Source of the DNA: Blasia pusilla
Taxonomy: Eukaryota
Length of the DNA stretch: 64,000 nucleotides
Assembly (NCBI GenBank): GCA_050084515.1
Contig: CM114271.1
Span: 27,342,001-27,406,000 of the forward strand
Direction of reading: 5' to 3'
This document shows, in pieces, positions 26,101 to 38,504 of this stretch. The translations under genes were made by a program, and so were the position numbers. The notes beneath the pieces were generated by a model. The model was not told where the DNA came from, made no database searches, and saw only the letters and a list, made by a program, of their open reading frames with translations. Positions within the stretch are counted from its first letter, which is position 1, and each line of letters begins with the position of its first letter.

Positions 26101-27357
26101 GTAGGATCTCGGAAATCCCGCCGGCTGAACCCGGAAGTTGACATGGAAGTGGGTGAATCTAGCCCGATCATTGATAGTCATGGGCCAGGTGATGATGAAG
26201 GCCCAATTGAAGACTCGCATACCCCCGATGAAGTGGTCTTGCAGGCGGATCCACAAATCATGGAAAGAGCACCCAAGGGCATGACTAAAGAAGAAAAAGC
26301 CCGAAACAGGAGGATGATGATGGCTTCACAACAGGTGTCTTGCATTCTCGCTCATTTCGCATCGATGACATTGTTTTATTGTATGTCTTGGACCATCTCC
26401 GATAATTGTGCTTGTGTTGATATGTTGTAATGTGTTGAGAACCCTGCAGATGGGACTCAAGGACCGGGGCACAAGCCATGAAGACCCTTTGGTCTTACCT
26501 TCGCAGACGGTATTGAAGGGGTTAGTCCGACGAATTTCAGGCCACACCTTTACCCGAGTTCTCAGACTCAAAGATTGCGGCCTCTAGATGGGATGTCTTC
26601 AAGTCCTTGACCACCACGGGTGATCACATTTTGGTGAGTGTGTAGATGCATCATGCGATTTTCTTGTTATGATTATCCTTTCATCTGGTGATTGGCATTT
26701 AATCTCTCCGACTGTGTGTGAACTTTCATTGCAGAGGTTCTTTGTCATACTTTTGATGTGTTTCTCGGCGATTATGACGACATACCTTTGGACCACTTGC
26801 AGGTAATGTGTCGCTTCTCTCTTTGGTCTTACTTTCCTGGTGTCAATTCTTTACAAATGTGTTGTGTATATGACGGTTGCTACTATCGAACATACTTTCA
26901 GAGCGTATGTGTGTGCAGGTGACTTTCTGCAGAAATTTTCAAGCATTTTGGCGGGAGTTCATATCATCATATTTTGCGGATGTTTAGGACTTAGTTTATG
27001 ATCAGGGCGATTCCTTAGAGTAAGTATAGGAGAGTACCTACTTGGCACGTAGGCTCTGAAGTTTTGTCTTTCTGCTTTGGACAAACCAGAAACGGGCAGA
27101 TTTTTGTTCTTAATGTATGGCCTTATGGTTCATGAATCTGAGTAAGTATAGGAGAGTACCTACCTCGCACGTAGGCTCTGAAGTTCTATCTTTCTGCAAT
27201 TCCGGGACAAACCAGAAACGGGGAGATTTCTGTTCTTAATGTATGGCCTTATGGTTCTTCTATTTTGTGCAGGTGCAATGCAGGCCGTTTGGTGTATCGC
27301 TTCTGGGGCACATTTTCCCTTACCATTTTCTGTGTTATGAAGGTCTATCCAAGAAGG
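23170..27357 (+). pseudogene. Second, multi-exon gene of unknown function carried by the MULE (disrupted)
   Basis: Long coding-like stretches joined by plausible GT-AG introns (about 23172-23914, 24596-24904, 25022-25690, 26449-26633, 26734-26802, 26919-27019, 27273-27356), with scattered in-frame stops. Opposite strand to the transposase. No family recognised. Confidence 0.5.
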
Positions 27358-28530
27358 TTAGGTTACCTTAGTTGGGCTATAGGTCATGGTCTGCTGAACT
27401 ATTGTGGATGAAATGGTATGGACCAAAAGGATACCATTGTCAATCAAATTAATCATACAACTTGCAGAGCTATTCTTGATCTTTGTCCCTAAGTTTGTAC
27501 TCTTGAATGATACCTTAACAAATTCCTCCTTACCTTATTCCGATGTGTCTTACATGTTATGAATGATCACAAGTGCCTCCACCTGTAATTGGTACTGTAC
27601 TTTGTAATCCTGTGAGGATCAATGTTTTGTCCCACGCTTGTCGATTCCTGAATTTCCAAGAAAGTGAAGCACTCATGTGTAATCACCTCATGAATAGATA
27701 GAGTCCATGACACCCTGTTCAAAAATAAAAGACAAATGGTCGAAACACTCAGAGCAAATACAAGTTTAGTGATCAGAAATGCAGTGACACGAAAAATGTA
27801 TGAAGAGCGAAATGTAGGTGTTCATTCATGAACACCTCAAAGGCTGTATTTCAAGGGCATTTGCTTCATACATCGGACAATCAATTCTAGCCTTCTTGTT
27901 GCGTATCCCCCAGTCGTCAATCCACTATGACAATCTCGGTTAGATACGATTTTAATCAAGCCCTAATTAGGGGAAGGTCACCTCACACCGATAAATGTTT
28001 ACGAAGAGGCACGACCCTCAGGGGTAGGGTTCGTGGGCCTTCTGAGGTGTTTTTTTTTAGTTACGACTACAGAAGTAGTCAGAACTATATTACAGAAGTT
28101 CTCTAAAATTGACACAAGCGCGCGGCGGTGCGGACATGCCCCTAAAGTATGCCGCACGGTGTTGCGGACGTGGTTCGGGTTCAAACATACCTCGTACGTT
28201 TACTACATCCATAGAAAACCGACTGTGGTAACCATAGTTTGGATGCATGAATATTAATTCAATTGGGTTCGAACTATTACTATACAAAACCGTGAAGACA
28301 GGTTACTATGGTTCACAATATGGCCTACACGATGGTTACTATCGTTTGGATGCTTGCGTAAAAACAGAACATGATTGCTCGCCGTACATGAAAATGGGAC
28401 ATGGTGGACATGAACATGACAAGGGAACACATTTCTCGTGCGTAAACATCCGGTACATAAAAAATACATTTTTTTTGTTGAACACCTCATTTCTTGTGTT
28501 CTGTGCTAATATGTGAAATTCGGAAATGCT

Positions 28531-31500
28531 TCATGAATCATGAATCTGGGAATCCTGTACTACATACAAATTATCGGGTCTTCTTGAGTACTCATCGGAT
28601 TGACTACCCTCCGCAACATATTGCTCTTCATCCAACAGACTATCAAGTATGACATCTGCAGTGGTTCTCTTTGTAGTAGTGCTGATTTTGTAGTTCTTAT
28701 GTGGCCTTGTATCAACCAGAGGCCATTCTGACTGTTGAGTATTCTCCTTAGTTGCCTCGCTTTCATATTGGCTCACGATAGCGTCCAAATCAAGATGATT
28801 ACATGCATCTGCTTCCAATTCCGCCTCCATGTTCTGATATTTTGATCGTTTCACTCTGGGAAAGGACTCCACCTGATTCATTGTTGCTTGGGGTTGATTC
28901 TTCCGTGTGGAACCTGTGGAATGTGAATTCCTTCTCTGATGCATCCGCTCAAACCAACCCATCCGCCCGACGCACCGGACGATCTTGAGAATTGCCTCCA
29001 ACAAAGGGTTCAGGAAGTGTTGTCCAATGTTCATTACATTTTTGGAAGTTCTGTGTTCGTCTCTATCCGCGCTTCAGGTTGAAGTGAGTCCATATCCTTC
29101 GCAAAAGTACATACAAATGTTCAAGAAGAACACTGCAGAATGGGACTCCAATGGTTGTGGCCAAGCATTTTTCCACCATCTCTCGAACATCTTTGAGTTG
29201 TTGTTTGTGATACAACCAGAGGAGTAGTAGCTTGCACCTCTTCTGGATAACCAACACCGTAAGACAAGTCTGATTCCACTGGTGTGTCTCCATGTTGCTC
29301 CTGTGCATGCCTTTGCACCATGTTTTCCAACCCATCAGCTTTGCTACCAAAACGTGTGCCAAGGAAAGACAACAACTCTACTTCAGAGTGCCCACTCAAT
29401 AGTAAGCACTTCACCTGATACAATTAAAAAAGTCTCAGAAGGCTGCATGTAAAATCCTCGTACATCTAGTGCAGGAATAAGACATACTTAATACATAGGA
29501 CTGTTTGATTTCAGGTGGGACTATAGCTTGGTCACCAAATCTGGGGTGCAAGAAACACACCTGATGTTTGCACGTGAATCCTTCATTGGCACGAGAGCAT
29601 GTACAAGCAACATCTTTCTTGTCGTAGTCAACCACATCATGCCAATAGTCGGGCTTGGAGCAACTCTTTACCATTGCGCATTTCCTCCCATCTACCAATT
29701 GAAATGTGACATGGCTCTCTGGGATATCATTTGCCCTTCTAATAGCCATGAAAATGACTTTCTGGATTGCCTTGTTCCTCACCATACCCTCTCGTTTCAA
29801 AAATCCCAAGTATCAAAAGAAATCTTCTATTTCCCCGCATAAGATCTGCACAAGCCATATGAGCTTCCTGGTGGGTTTTGTAGGCATGCTAGAAGTGAGA
29901 TGCATCTTCAGAGTGTGGTGCCACCTTTCTATCGCGGCATTTGTATCTTGGTTGGATCTTGCATGCTTACGATAGCCCTTTGCCCAAGTAACAATCTTAG
30001 GATGCCAATAGTTTAAATAGTATTTCACAAAGTGACGTTCAGTTGCAGCCCACTTGCGCATGAAACGATACGAGACATCCACAGGATCTGGGACAGGCAA
30101 CCATTGCTTAATTAATATGAACCCTACTCCCACAACGGACATAGCTGAGAAACAATGAAACGAACTAATATTATTGACTCACATAGAACATACCTCCTTC
30201 ACGTGAGTACATGATACCACCCAAGTCCCTGTTCATGTCTGCTTTTGTAATTGGACAACGGACTCGTTGGTGCAATTGCTTTAACCAATTCTTCCTGACA
30301 TGCCATAGACACAGGTCTATTGGAACATCAGGGAAGACTTCTCTGATTGCAGATTGTTCCTCTTTGGAGTCGTCAACTATGAAGCATGACGGTTTCCAAC
30401 CGGGGCTACCAACCGACGCAAAATCTCTTGTCATATATGTATATGCCCAATCCTTGATATGGGCCAATGCATCCACTAGATCCCGATGTTGATGCCTCTG
30501 TAAAATGGCCCATACTAGAGGTAATCCGTTCTGAAACTTGCTGATACTGTGAACATAGAAAAGAGTGTGTTCAGGAATCCGATTGTTCATGTACATATCT
30601 ATTAAAGTGAACACAACGTTCCAAATGTTTCCATTTCTGCCAAATCATGCAGCAATTTTCAAATGATAGCACAGAAGTAATGTAGCCTATAAACTCCTCT
30701 AAGAGAATGACATTACAGTTATGAGAATGTTTGAAATTACCTCATATGTGTTTGTGCCATGAGTGGCATCCGTGGAGATGGCTCCACCGTTACCAAGATG
30801 CAAAAGATTCTGAAGCATCCAAGGTGTAGAAATGACCAGGATGAAAGGTTGGCCTAAACTTGAAATGGCCTCCCTGTAGTGTATGACATTTTCAGGATGA
30901 GCTGCAACCCAATGTTGGATTGCAGTGGCGTCATCGGTTCCATCATACCCCCCTTCGCATCTTCGCATTGAATGCTTGATATTAAGGATGTCTTGTGGTT
31001 TTAACATAGCGTCCCTGCCCCAAGCTTGTGCCTGATTAGGATTATCGAGAATGTGTTCACGAATCCATCTCCTATGCTCCTTCATGATATTTAAGGGGCT
31101 CACGTTCACTCGCAATAACCGTTCAACAAAATCCCTACAATGAAAACTCAACTTCGGGGCAACAATAGCATTTGCAATGTCCGTAATCCTGTCTAAGTCC
31201 CCATGGCATATACAGCCCGCCTTATCGACATGCTTGGAATGCATATGCCTCAACATAGAACACCTAGGGCGGTCCTTTGAGGTTACAACGGCAAAGTGAA
31301 ATTGGCATCCACGTCCCTGAGACAGCCTAAGCTGTGTACTTTGGCTTTCTGGCCTACTACCCTTACCTCCCTTGGCAAGCGAGTTTGAATCAAAAACCTC
31401 ACTTGGCAGAGAGGTCCAGACGGTATTCCTATGATCCTGGGGTCCATATGAACACCAGTATTGAACTGTAACATGTATGTTCCCTGATTTTTCGGTATTC

Positions 31501-31694
31501 CTTTTCCTAAATGTGGTCTGGAAATGTGGTCTTTGTTCTTCACCATGAATGAAGTCTTCAACCCTATCTGAGGGAATCCATGCCTCTTTTCTATTGCCAT
31601 ACCAAATCAAATGCTCGCTCAAAAAAGGACTAGGGAGAGGGTTTTGGATGACATCGCATTCAAATGCAGCTGAATATTTCTTGAATTTCACCAT
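28531..31694 (-). CDS. MULE transposase with N-terminal Cys/His region and SWIM zinc finger (spliced; probably damaged near 30545)
   Basis: DDE triad STDATHGTN / FIVDDSKEE / TNAAIERWHHTLK; CxxH motif LCLWHV; SWIM CTCSRANEGFTCKH; N-terminal YWCSYGP...RGCQFHF...HVDKAGCICHG. Approximate exons 31694-30741, 30548-30190, 30075-29561, then about 29360-28531. Confidence 0.88.
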
Positions 31695-32854
31695 GGCTAT
31701 AAGCTGTTCAGGGATTCAAGTGCAGGCTCCAATTAAAGTGCAGACTTCAAGTGCAGGCTTAAAGTGTGAATTTTGTCCATTCGACCTGGGCAAGACCGGA
31801 CAGTACATAAATGGAACCGAACACCAAAATTATAGTGCACATAATAATAGACATGTTTTCCTGGATTACGATCTAAGCTTTTATCTATCACCATGGTTGA
31901 ATGTGTGGCACTGATAGCTACTTACGTGCAAATTGGCAAATGATACTCACGGACGCAAACAATTTCTCACATGAAAGTTACGGAGTGGACCCCATCCGCC
32001 TAATCCGGCTTGAAATCCGCGGTCCGCAGCTCGCATCAGTTCGACTTAGAACTAATCAAGCTCGTAATGAAATGCTAATACGCTGATAATCACAGCTAAT
32101 CACGGTCTCTGCTCTTCCTCGTTCCCTGTTTCTCCTCGCGCGCCCTTTGTATTCCTCGGTTCCGGGTCTATCGCTCGTAATCAAATGCTAATCTGCTCGT
32201 AATCAAATGCTAATCCCTCCGTGTTCGGTTTCTACCGCTCTTCTCCGTTCTTTCCAAAATGATCGGATCCCCTAATTCCCGCCCTAATACCCGTCGACAA
32301 ATTCTGTCATTTGAACTGGACCGAACGTAGTACGGATGGACGCCGTCCTTCCGATTAGCGCCGTCTCGTTTAGATCCGTCCGTCTCCGAATGCTGTCCTC
32401 CCTGTCCTCCGTCGCGACCTCTTTACCCTGAGTCGCGACCTCTCCATACCGGGGCTCCCGAACCTGAAACCTAGGCCCGACCCAGCTCGAGGTAGACGCT
32501 ACCCTAGGCGCCTTGAATGCGATTCCGGGACAAAGTATGGGCTTCGGTCATTAGGGTAAGTAAGTGCGACGCAGGATTTAAATTATTTTTTAAAATTTAA
32601 ATATTATTTAAAGTAAAATTTTAATAAATTGAAATACGGGTTGAAAACGAGGGAAAAAATTGCTAATGAAAGAGGATTCTAAAATAATTATAAAAAATTA
32701 ATTATTGTGATAAAATGAGGTAATAAGAGTGGAGACGTGGACTAGCTCTTGAAAATATGTGATATATATGCGTTTAAATTCCAATAAATATTATGGAAAA
32801 GTGGAATTAAAAAATTGAGGAGTGGAATTGTTTAAAGGATTGAGAGGTTACTCA

Positions 32855-33014
32855 TCTATACTATAATGTGAAGAGTGCTTTTGACCCGGTTGACACATGC
32901 GGAACATGATACGTGTCATCCTAAACCCACACATATTTTAGAAGGGCGTATAATAATAGGCGTATATGCACGGTGCGTGCATACATACGGGACTAGGCCT
33001 CTATGCACAACTAG
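32855..33014 (+). mobile_element. Miniature non-autonomous Helitron (160 bp)
   Basis: A|TCTATACTATAATGTGAAGAGT start; hairpin CGTAT-ATGCACG-gtg-CGTGCAT-ac-ATACG (32961-32989); CTAG|T end. Confidence 0.5.
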
Positions 33015-33180
33015 TTATTTAATATGTCGAAGTTGGAATTCAGAATCGATCATCCACAAATGTTTAATTATTAATTAAAGCGGGGAGGCTACCTGTCAGA
33101 TTAAATTCTTGGGAAATTGCTAAAATTGATTTTTTCCTTCTTTAAATGACTCATGTTTCCAAGGCCTCGTTATACAATTA

Positions 33181-33208
33181 CTAGCACACTGCCCGCATTA
33201 TGCAAGGG
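33181..33208 (-). mobile_element. Helitron-type 3' terminus
   Basis: The minus strand reads CCCTTGCATAATGCGGG-CAGTGTG-CTAG|T: a GC hairpin followed by CTAG and T. No matching 5' end was located. Confidence 0.45.
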
Positions 33209-34083
33209 TGAAAGACATCTTAATAGTTAACTTAACTCAAGACTTCTTAAGTTGACTGTTAGGACTTCCGGTGCTTACAATACACGTGTCAACACCAGAA
33301 GAGCAAAAAATGATTAGTTGTCAATTTCGGAGGAAGGATCTTCAAACCCCATCCTCTTTTAATTATATACATTTTTCTATTGGGATTAGAAAAACTTTTG
33401 TTGACATTGTCTTTTCTGGCCCCTCTATAATGGATGTGTGTTATTTAAAAGAAATTAAAATAAGAGGAAAACATTATCAACTATCGGAAATATACTAGGT
33501 CCTTACTAGGGAGAATGAATAGATTTTGGAAGGGGGAGAGTTAATTTTACAAGAATTCACTTTTGTTTGCACAAGGCATACTAACAAGTACATATTATTA
33601 TTGCACAACGCTTGTTTGATTTTCAAACAAACCCAAGATCATTTGAAGGTGATGTTACTTAACATTTTGAGGGCTAGTTAAATCATTACTAATTAATTTT
33701 ATATTGATTTAAAACTATAAACTTGTCCATTAGTCATTTAAATTTTTTTAATATTAATAAAATAATATATAATTTAAGCTACTCATCAGTAATCCATCGC
33801 ACCGGCATGGTGACAAAGCTACCTTTAGAAATTGAAATAAAAATCCTAAATAACGTCGAGTTTTCGGGTTTAGAGTCTATTCTCTCTCCCGCCTGAAGTG
33901 GTATTTTGAGTGTCTTTGGGTTGCGTTCGAACGGAAAGCATTCGAAATTTATTTGGGGTTTCTTTAGGGTTTATGAGGCGTTTCACTCTGTGACAGTGAC
34001 GCGATTTGGGGCTTTGTGGTTATTTATTGGGCACAGCGATGTGGACGTGATCGGACGTGGAAAATTTGAGGAGGAGATGAGAG

Positions 34084-37000
34084 ATGGGAATGGAGATGGT
34101 GCCCGATGATTCGAGCGCGGTGTTACCACGAGGGGACGTGGGATTGTCTGCAGAGGATGCGCTGCAGGACGATGGGAAGAAGCGCAAGAGAAAGCCTGTC
34201 ACTAAGAACTTGTACAGATTTGGAAATTATCATCACTACTACGGCTACAGGGTGAGTGGCTTCACTAACCTGTTCACGTTTTCAAGTGAATTGTATGGAT
34301 TGAAGACCTTGGTGGATTTCTTCTTTGAATGGTCATTATTTTGAAGGCATCGCATGAACTGTGTCCGTAATCTAAAATCCTTTTTTTTCCCCTTACCCCC
34401 CCAGAGAAGAAAAGAAGTGGAGGAAGAAGAAGTGAAAGAAGTTCTAAGTCTGTTGCCTTCTTAGGATTCGTTCAAGAGACTTGTTGTGGTCCCTGTATGC
34501 AGCTTGGGAAGACACTGGACGAGGATCCTAGGTTGAAGTTGTTCCAAAGGGAGTGGTTTGAAGAGAAGGATTGCATCGATATTGGTTGCAATGAAGGCTT
34601 CGTAACCATTTCTATAGGTACTCAATAACCCAGCTTGCATTGCACGTACACTGCCTGTGAATTGAGTTGTTTGGCAGTTGTTCTCAATTTGTTGCGCTGG
34701 GCTGCAAGAAACTTTTCTATATCATAGCCGAGTGTGAATTTATGTAAATGTCGCGAGTGTAAGGTGGACAACCCTGTTGCCTATGCTCAGGTATTCACAC
34801 ATTGTGCTATTCTGTCCAGCGCAGAAATTCTTCTGTCGGAGTGTACTTGGTCTTGACATAGATAAAGGTATGGACACTAGGCCAGAGAGATCATTCATCA
34901 TTTTTGCTGTCCTCTGGCAACCTTTCAATGAATGCCCTCTTCACTTCCCAAAATACTTAAAATACCAATTGTATAAATAAATCCTGCAATGATCCGATGA
35001 CTGATAAAAGTCTTTTGAGGAACTGGTTTCAATACTGTTGCATACCAACAGATGGGTTGGTATGCAATCGTGATGGAAGCATAGTGTGGTCGACCAATCG
35101 TTATGGATTCTCTCAGTCTCGTATTTCTTGAATAGTATAGATGCTGAAAAACTGCTCTTGGAATGGTGTGAGACTCCTTGACTGCCTCTGTTTGTTGCAA
35201 GGAATATCAACTTAAATTGGAATTATCACGTCTCCTTTCAACTTGGGTTGTGCCTCTGCAGTTCTGCTTACTTCTTGTGGGGTTGTCGGAGTCTTGTAGG
35301 TGTGTTGTCACTGTTTTCTGTCAAGGATTCCTATTTATGGTATGGGCTTTAACATTGCTGTCATAATCTATGGATTCATAATCAGTTTTAATTGAGAAGG
35401 CCAACTGCAATCTGCAAGAAGAAGCTGCTGCATTGGAACAGTGTGAAGATGGATGTTTTAAGGAAGCTGAGCTTGGAGAAATCAGGCAGGAAGATGGTGA
35501 AGCTATGTCAATGGGAGAGTCTACACCCAATTTGGCTGTGTCGGATGAATACAGCAAAGTCAAAGACAAAGAGGAGACACCAAGAATATGTGAATGTAGT
35601 ACACCTTCAGCTCGTGAGAGGTTACTGCAAACTGTTCAATTCAGGAGTGAAAACGTCATCAAGGATTTTCCTCATGGTGACTATATGAAGGATGGGCCGT
35701 TTGATACTGTGCTCTGGTAAGTGCTAGCAGAGTGTGTGTCAGTTGCCGTCATTTTCATCAACATTCTGTCTGTTGTGGATGATGCCTGAAAGAACTCATG
35801 TTGCAGATGAAAATGCTGAGTCTTTGACAGTGGGCGGGCATTTTTTGCCTGCAGATATATTCCACCTTGTTGCCTGGAGTTTTTGATGGCTTAAATGGGT
35901 GGTTTTCCAGCTTGAGCATCACAAAGTGGATACATTTGAACTGGGGAGATGACGGGCTAATTCGGTTGTTTGCAAAGATCTATCACATTCTCCGACCAGT
36001 AAGTGAAAAGTTTCCCTATCTTTCTGTGTGAGAGGATCCTCTACAGTTTTCATAACAGTGGTAAATCAGGTTGGGTTGTGTACTTGAGAGTGAGTGGTGC
36101 TTGTACCGTGCACAGGTGGAGTATAGGATGGCGGTGCATCAATCATTGGGTATTAGGATGAACATATTGCAATATGATAAAAGTAATGGGTGGATGAAGT
36201 GGGTGAGCTAATGCACATAAGAAATTTGTTTTCAGACTAGTTGCATCAACTGTTCGGATGTAATAGCCCTACTTTCAAGTCTGTTATAGAATGGCCAGAC
36301 CGTTTTCAACTTAGTTAACAGCTTTGTGATGGCTGCAGGGTGGCATTTTGATTCTAGAGCCTCAACCATGGAAGTCTTACAAGAAGAAGCATCATGTTTC
36401 AGAGGTATTGAATTCCCAGCCAAGGCTGAAGCCTGATCACGAAGTTAAATTGTGCGTGAATTTATCGAAAATGATATGTGATTATCAGTGAGTTGACACT
36501 GTAACCTATCCCTTTGGTATCCTCTGGTGTCCAAAGCTTCGGGGATAAATTTTTCAAGGTGGTCCTTGCTGGATCATCATTCTAAGGAATGAGGACAAGG
36601 TCATTGTGTAATGGGCTTGTGATATTAGGCGTCAAGAAAGATGCTGGCGTCAAGTTCTTCCATGCACCTGAATTTGGCATTGACTACTTGTGTAGGTGAC
36701 AAGACAGTACTTCAAAGAAATTCTTATCAGGCCAGCCCATTTCCCAGAAATTCTTCTTGATAAGGTGGGCCCTTTTAATATCTCTTAATGCAGAGTGATA
36801 GATTCGTTGAAGTTTTTTTGGAGATACTACAGTATACTGCCAACAAGCCCCTTGTAGACAATTAGCTTTACTTGTCTAGGCAGAGATCAGGAGTACATTA
36901 ACTATGGATCTTTGGAAGTTTGACCTTGACTGTGGGACGAGGTGGCAGATCTACCTTTTGTGGTGGGTAGATGTTATAAAATGTGCTATCTTCAGTTGCT

Positions 37001-37182
37001 AGCAGTCGTGCATGTTCTCTGTTTTTGAAGTGATCTTTGCTGGTGAAGTCAGCAAATGGTGACTCTTGGTTTCTCTTGGCTTGTGGTGGCAGATCGGATT
37101 CAAATCATTTCATCAAGTTAGTAGTGCAGTCCCGAACAGCAGTATAGGATTTGACCGCTCACTTTTTCTGTACATTAAGTAG
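34084..37182 (+). CDS. MEPCE: Bin3/MEPCE-like RNA methyltransferase (methylphosphate capping enzyme family), 8 coding exons
   Basis: Exons 34084-34251, 34503-34617, 34820-34867, 35386-35716, 35911-35998, 36339-36404, 36696-36764, 37093-37182 (TAG), all GT-AG and in frame. Motifs [58 protein letters not shown]. Basic NLS-like KKRKRK. Confidence 0.93.
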
Positions 37183-38504
37183 CTTTATGCATGCTCAGAC
37201 AGGATGTACAGGTGTTAATCTTCTTCGATCTTAGTTTTGAATGGTGGATTAATAGGACTCTACGATGGTGTGCACATACAAAAGGAGTTAATTGTGATTT
37301 TCTGCACTTACCAAGATACAAGTTTTATTGAAGCTGAATTGTGGACAATTGTATTGAAGCTCCATGTAAATGGGTGGGATTTTTTATAGCCAGTGAGAAA
37401 ATTGGCACCCTGGAAAAGCAGGTATATTGCATGAAACATACAAGCTGTGTGCTTTGTTCTCAATCAGAGCAGGGTTGTCTGTGTGAACTGCTTAATGTTA
37501 AATCTCTAGAGTACAGGGTCAGCAGAGTTGGTGTTGGGTTAACCAACTTGTTGGTTAACCTTGAGTACTACACGGGAATTGGGTCTCGGATTGATGAGAT
37601 CTGCTGGGAAGCATTGGAAAATATGCCAGCGCAAGGTGCTTTCAAATTAGGAGCTGTTCTCTGAACGAAAGACGGACAAAAGTAGCTCACTGTCCAGACA
37701 TTTGCAGCTATAGTTATCAAAACATTTTAGGCGGATAATGTACCAATCGTGTTCTCAAAAGGGATATATAACGGTTTTATGTGACAGGAAGCCAATTTGA
37801 AGGAACGTTCTGGTGGGAGGATTTAAACTAATAACGGATTCAGAGCAGGACTGTGAAGTAGCTGCCCTTGTGAAAGATGAAATATTTGGATTAGTAGCAG
37901 TGGTTTTCTGTGTCAACGGTGACGGAACGCTGTCAACGGCAATCCCTGAACGCAGCAGATCTCATTGATCTGCGGTCGCCGCACTTCTAAGATGACACAT
38001 ATTTGCCAGCTCCTGTGGAACAGAACTTGTAGTCGGGCTATTGAAAGTCCGTTTTGAAAACCTCACTAAAGATCGTTCTTGCCGTTATTGAGGACATAAC
38101 CACGGTCGAATAACTATGCTACGTTTTTTTTATTATTATTGGAAAGAGCAGTTTTATTTGCAAATTATGTTACATTTTGTAACTAAGTTTTTATTTATAT
38201 TATTATTGGAAAACATGTTCTTATCTGTAAATGTTTGGATACGTGTTTTGAGGTCAACAAGAAAAAATTGTTTCACACATTGTGTATGACAAAAAATATT
38301 TTTAATTCATATAACACCATCATTTTTTTCATTATTCCTTTCAATTATAAGAACTCTTCGAACAATTTTATACTTTTCCAAGTCCTACTACTAGTTTAAA
38401 TTAAAAGAAAAGCAACATTGACGACAGAGTCGAACAAATACTTATATAATACGACTTTGCATGACACGCATTATTTCACACCATAACTATTATACGTTAT
38501 CCTC

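Larger units (their letters stand above)
20716..32546 (-). mobile_element. Mutator-like DNA transposon (MULE), 11.8 kb, with long TIRs and TSD
   Basis: TIRs begin CGAAGCCCATACTTTGTCCCGGAATCGCATTCAAGGCGC (about 73 bp with 2 mismatches, imperfect to about 130 bp). Identical 8-bp flanks GTCATTAG at 20708-20715 and 32547-32554. Internal MULE/SWIM transposase. Confidence 0.92.

Noticed and set aside
26734-26802. DVFLGDYDDIP as an amino-methyltransferase (DPPY-like) motif in the MULE second gene
   Set aside because: Does not match DPPY/SPPY/NPPY, and no FxGxG motif was found.
27967-28145. Possible small Tourist-like MITE (TTAGGGGAAGGTCA ... GGACATGCCCCTAA)
   Set aside because: The inverted match is short with several mismatches; it could be chance.
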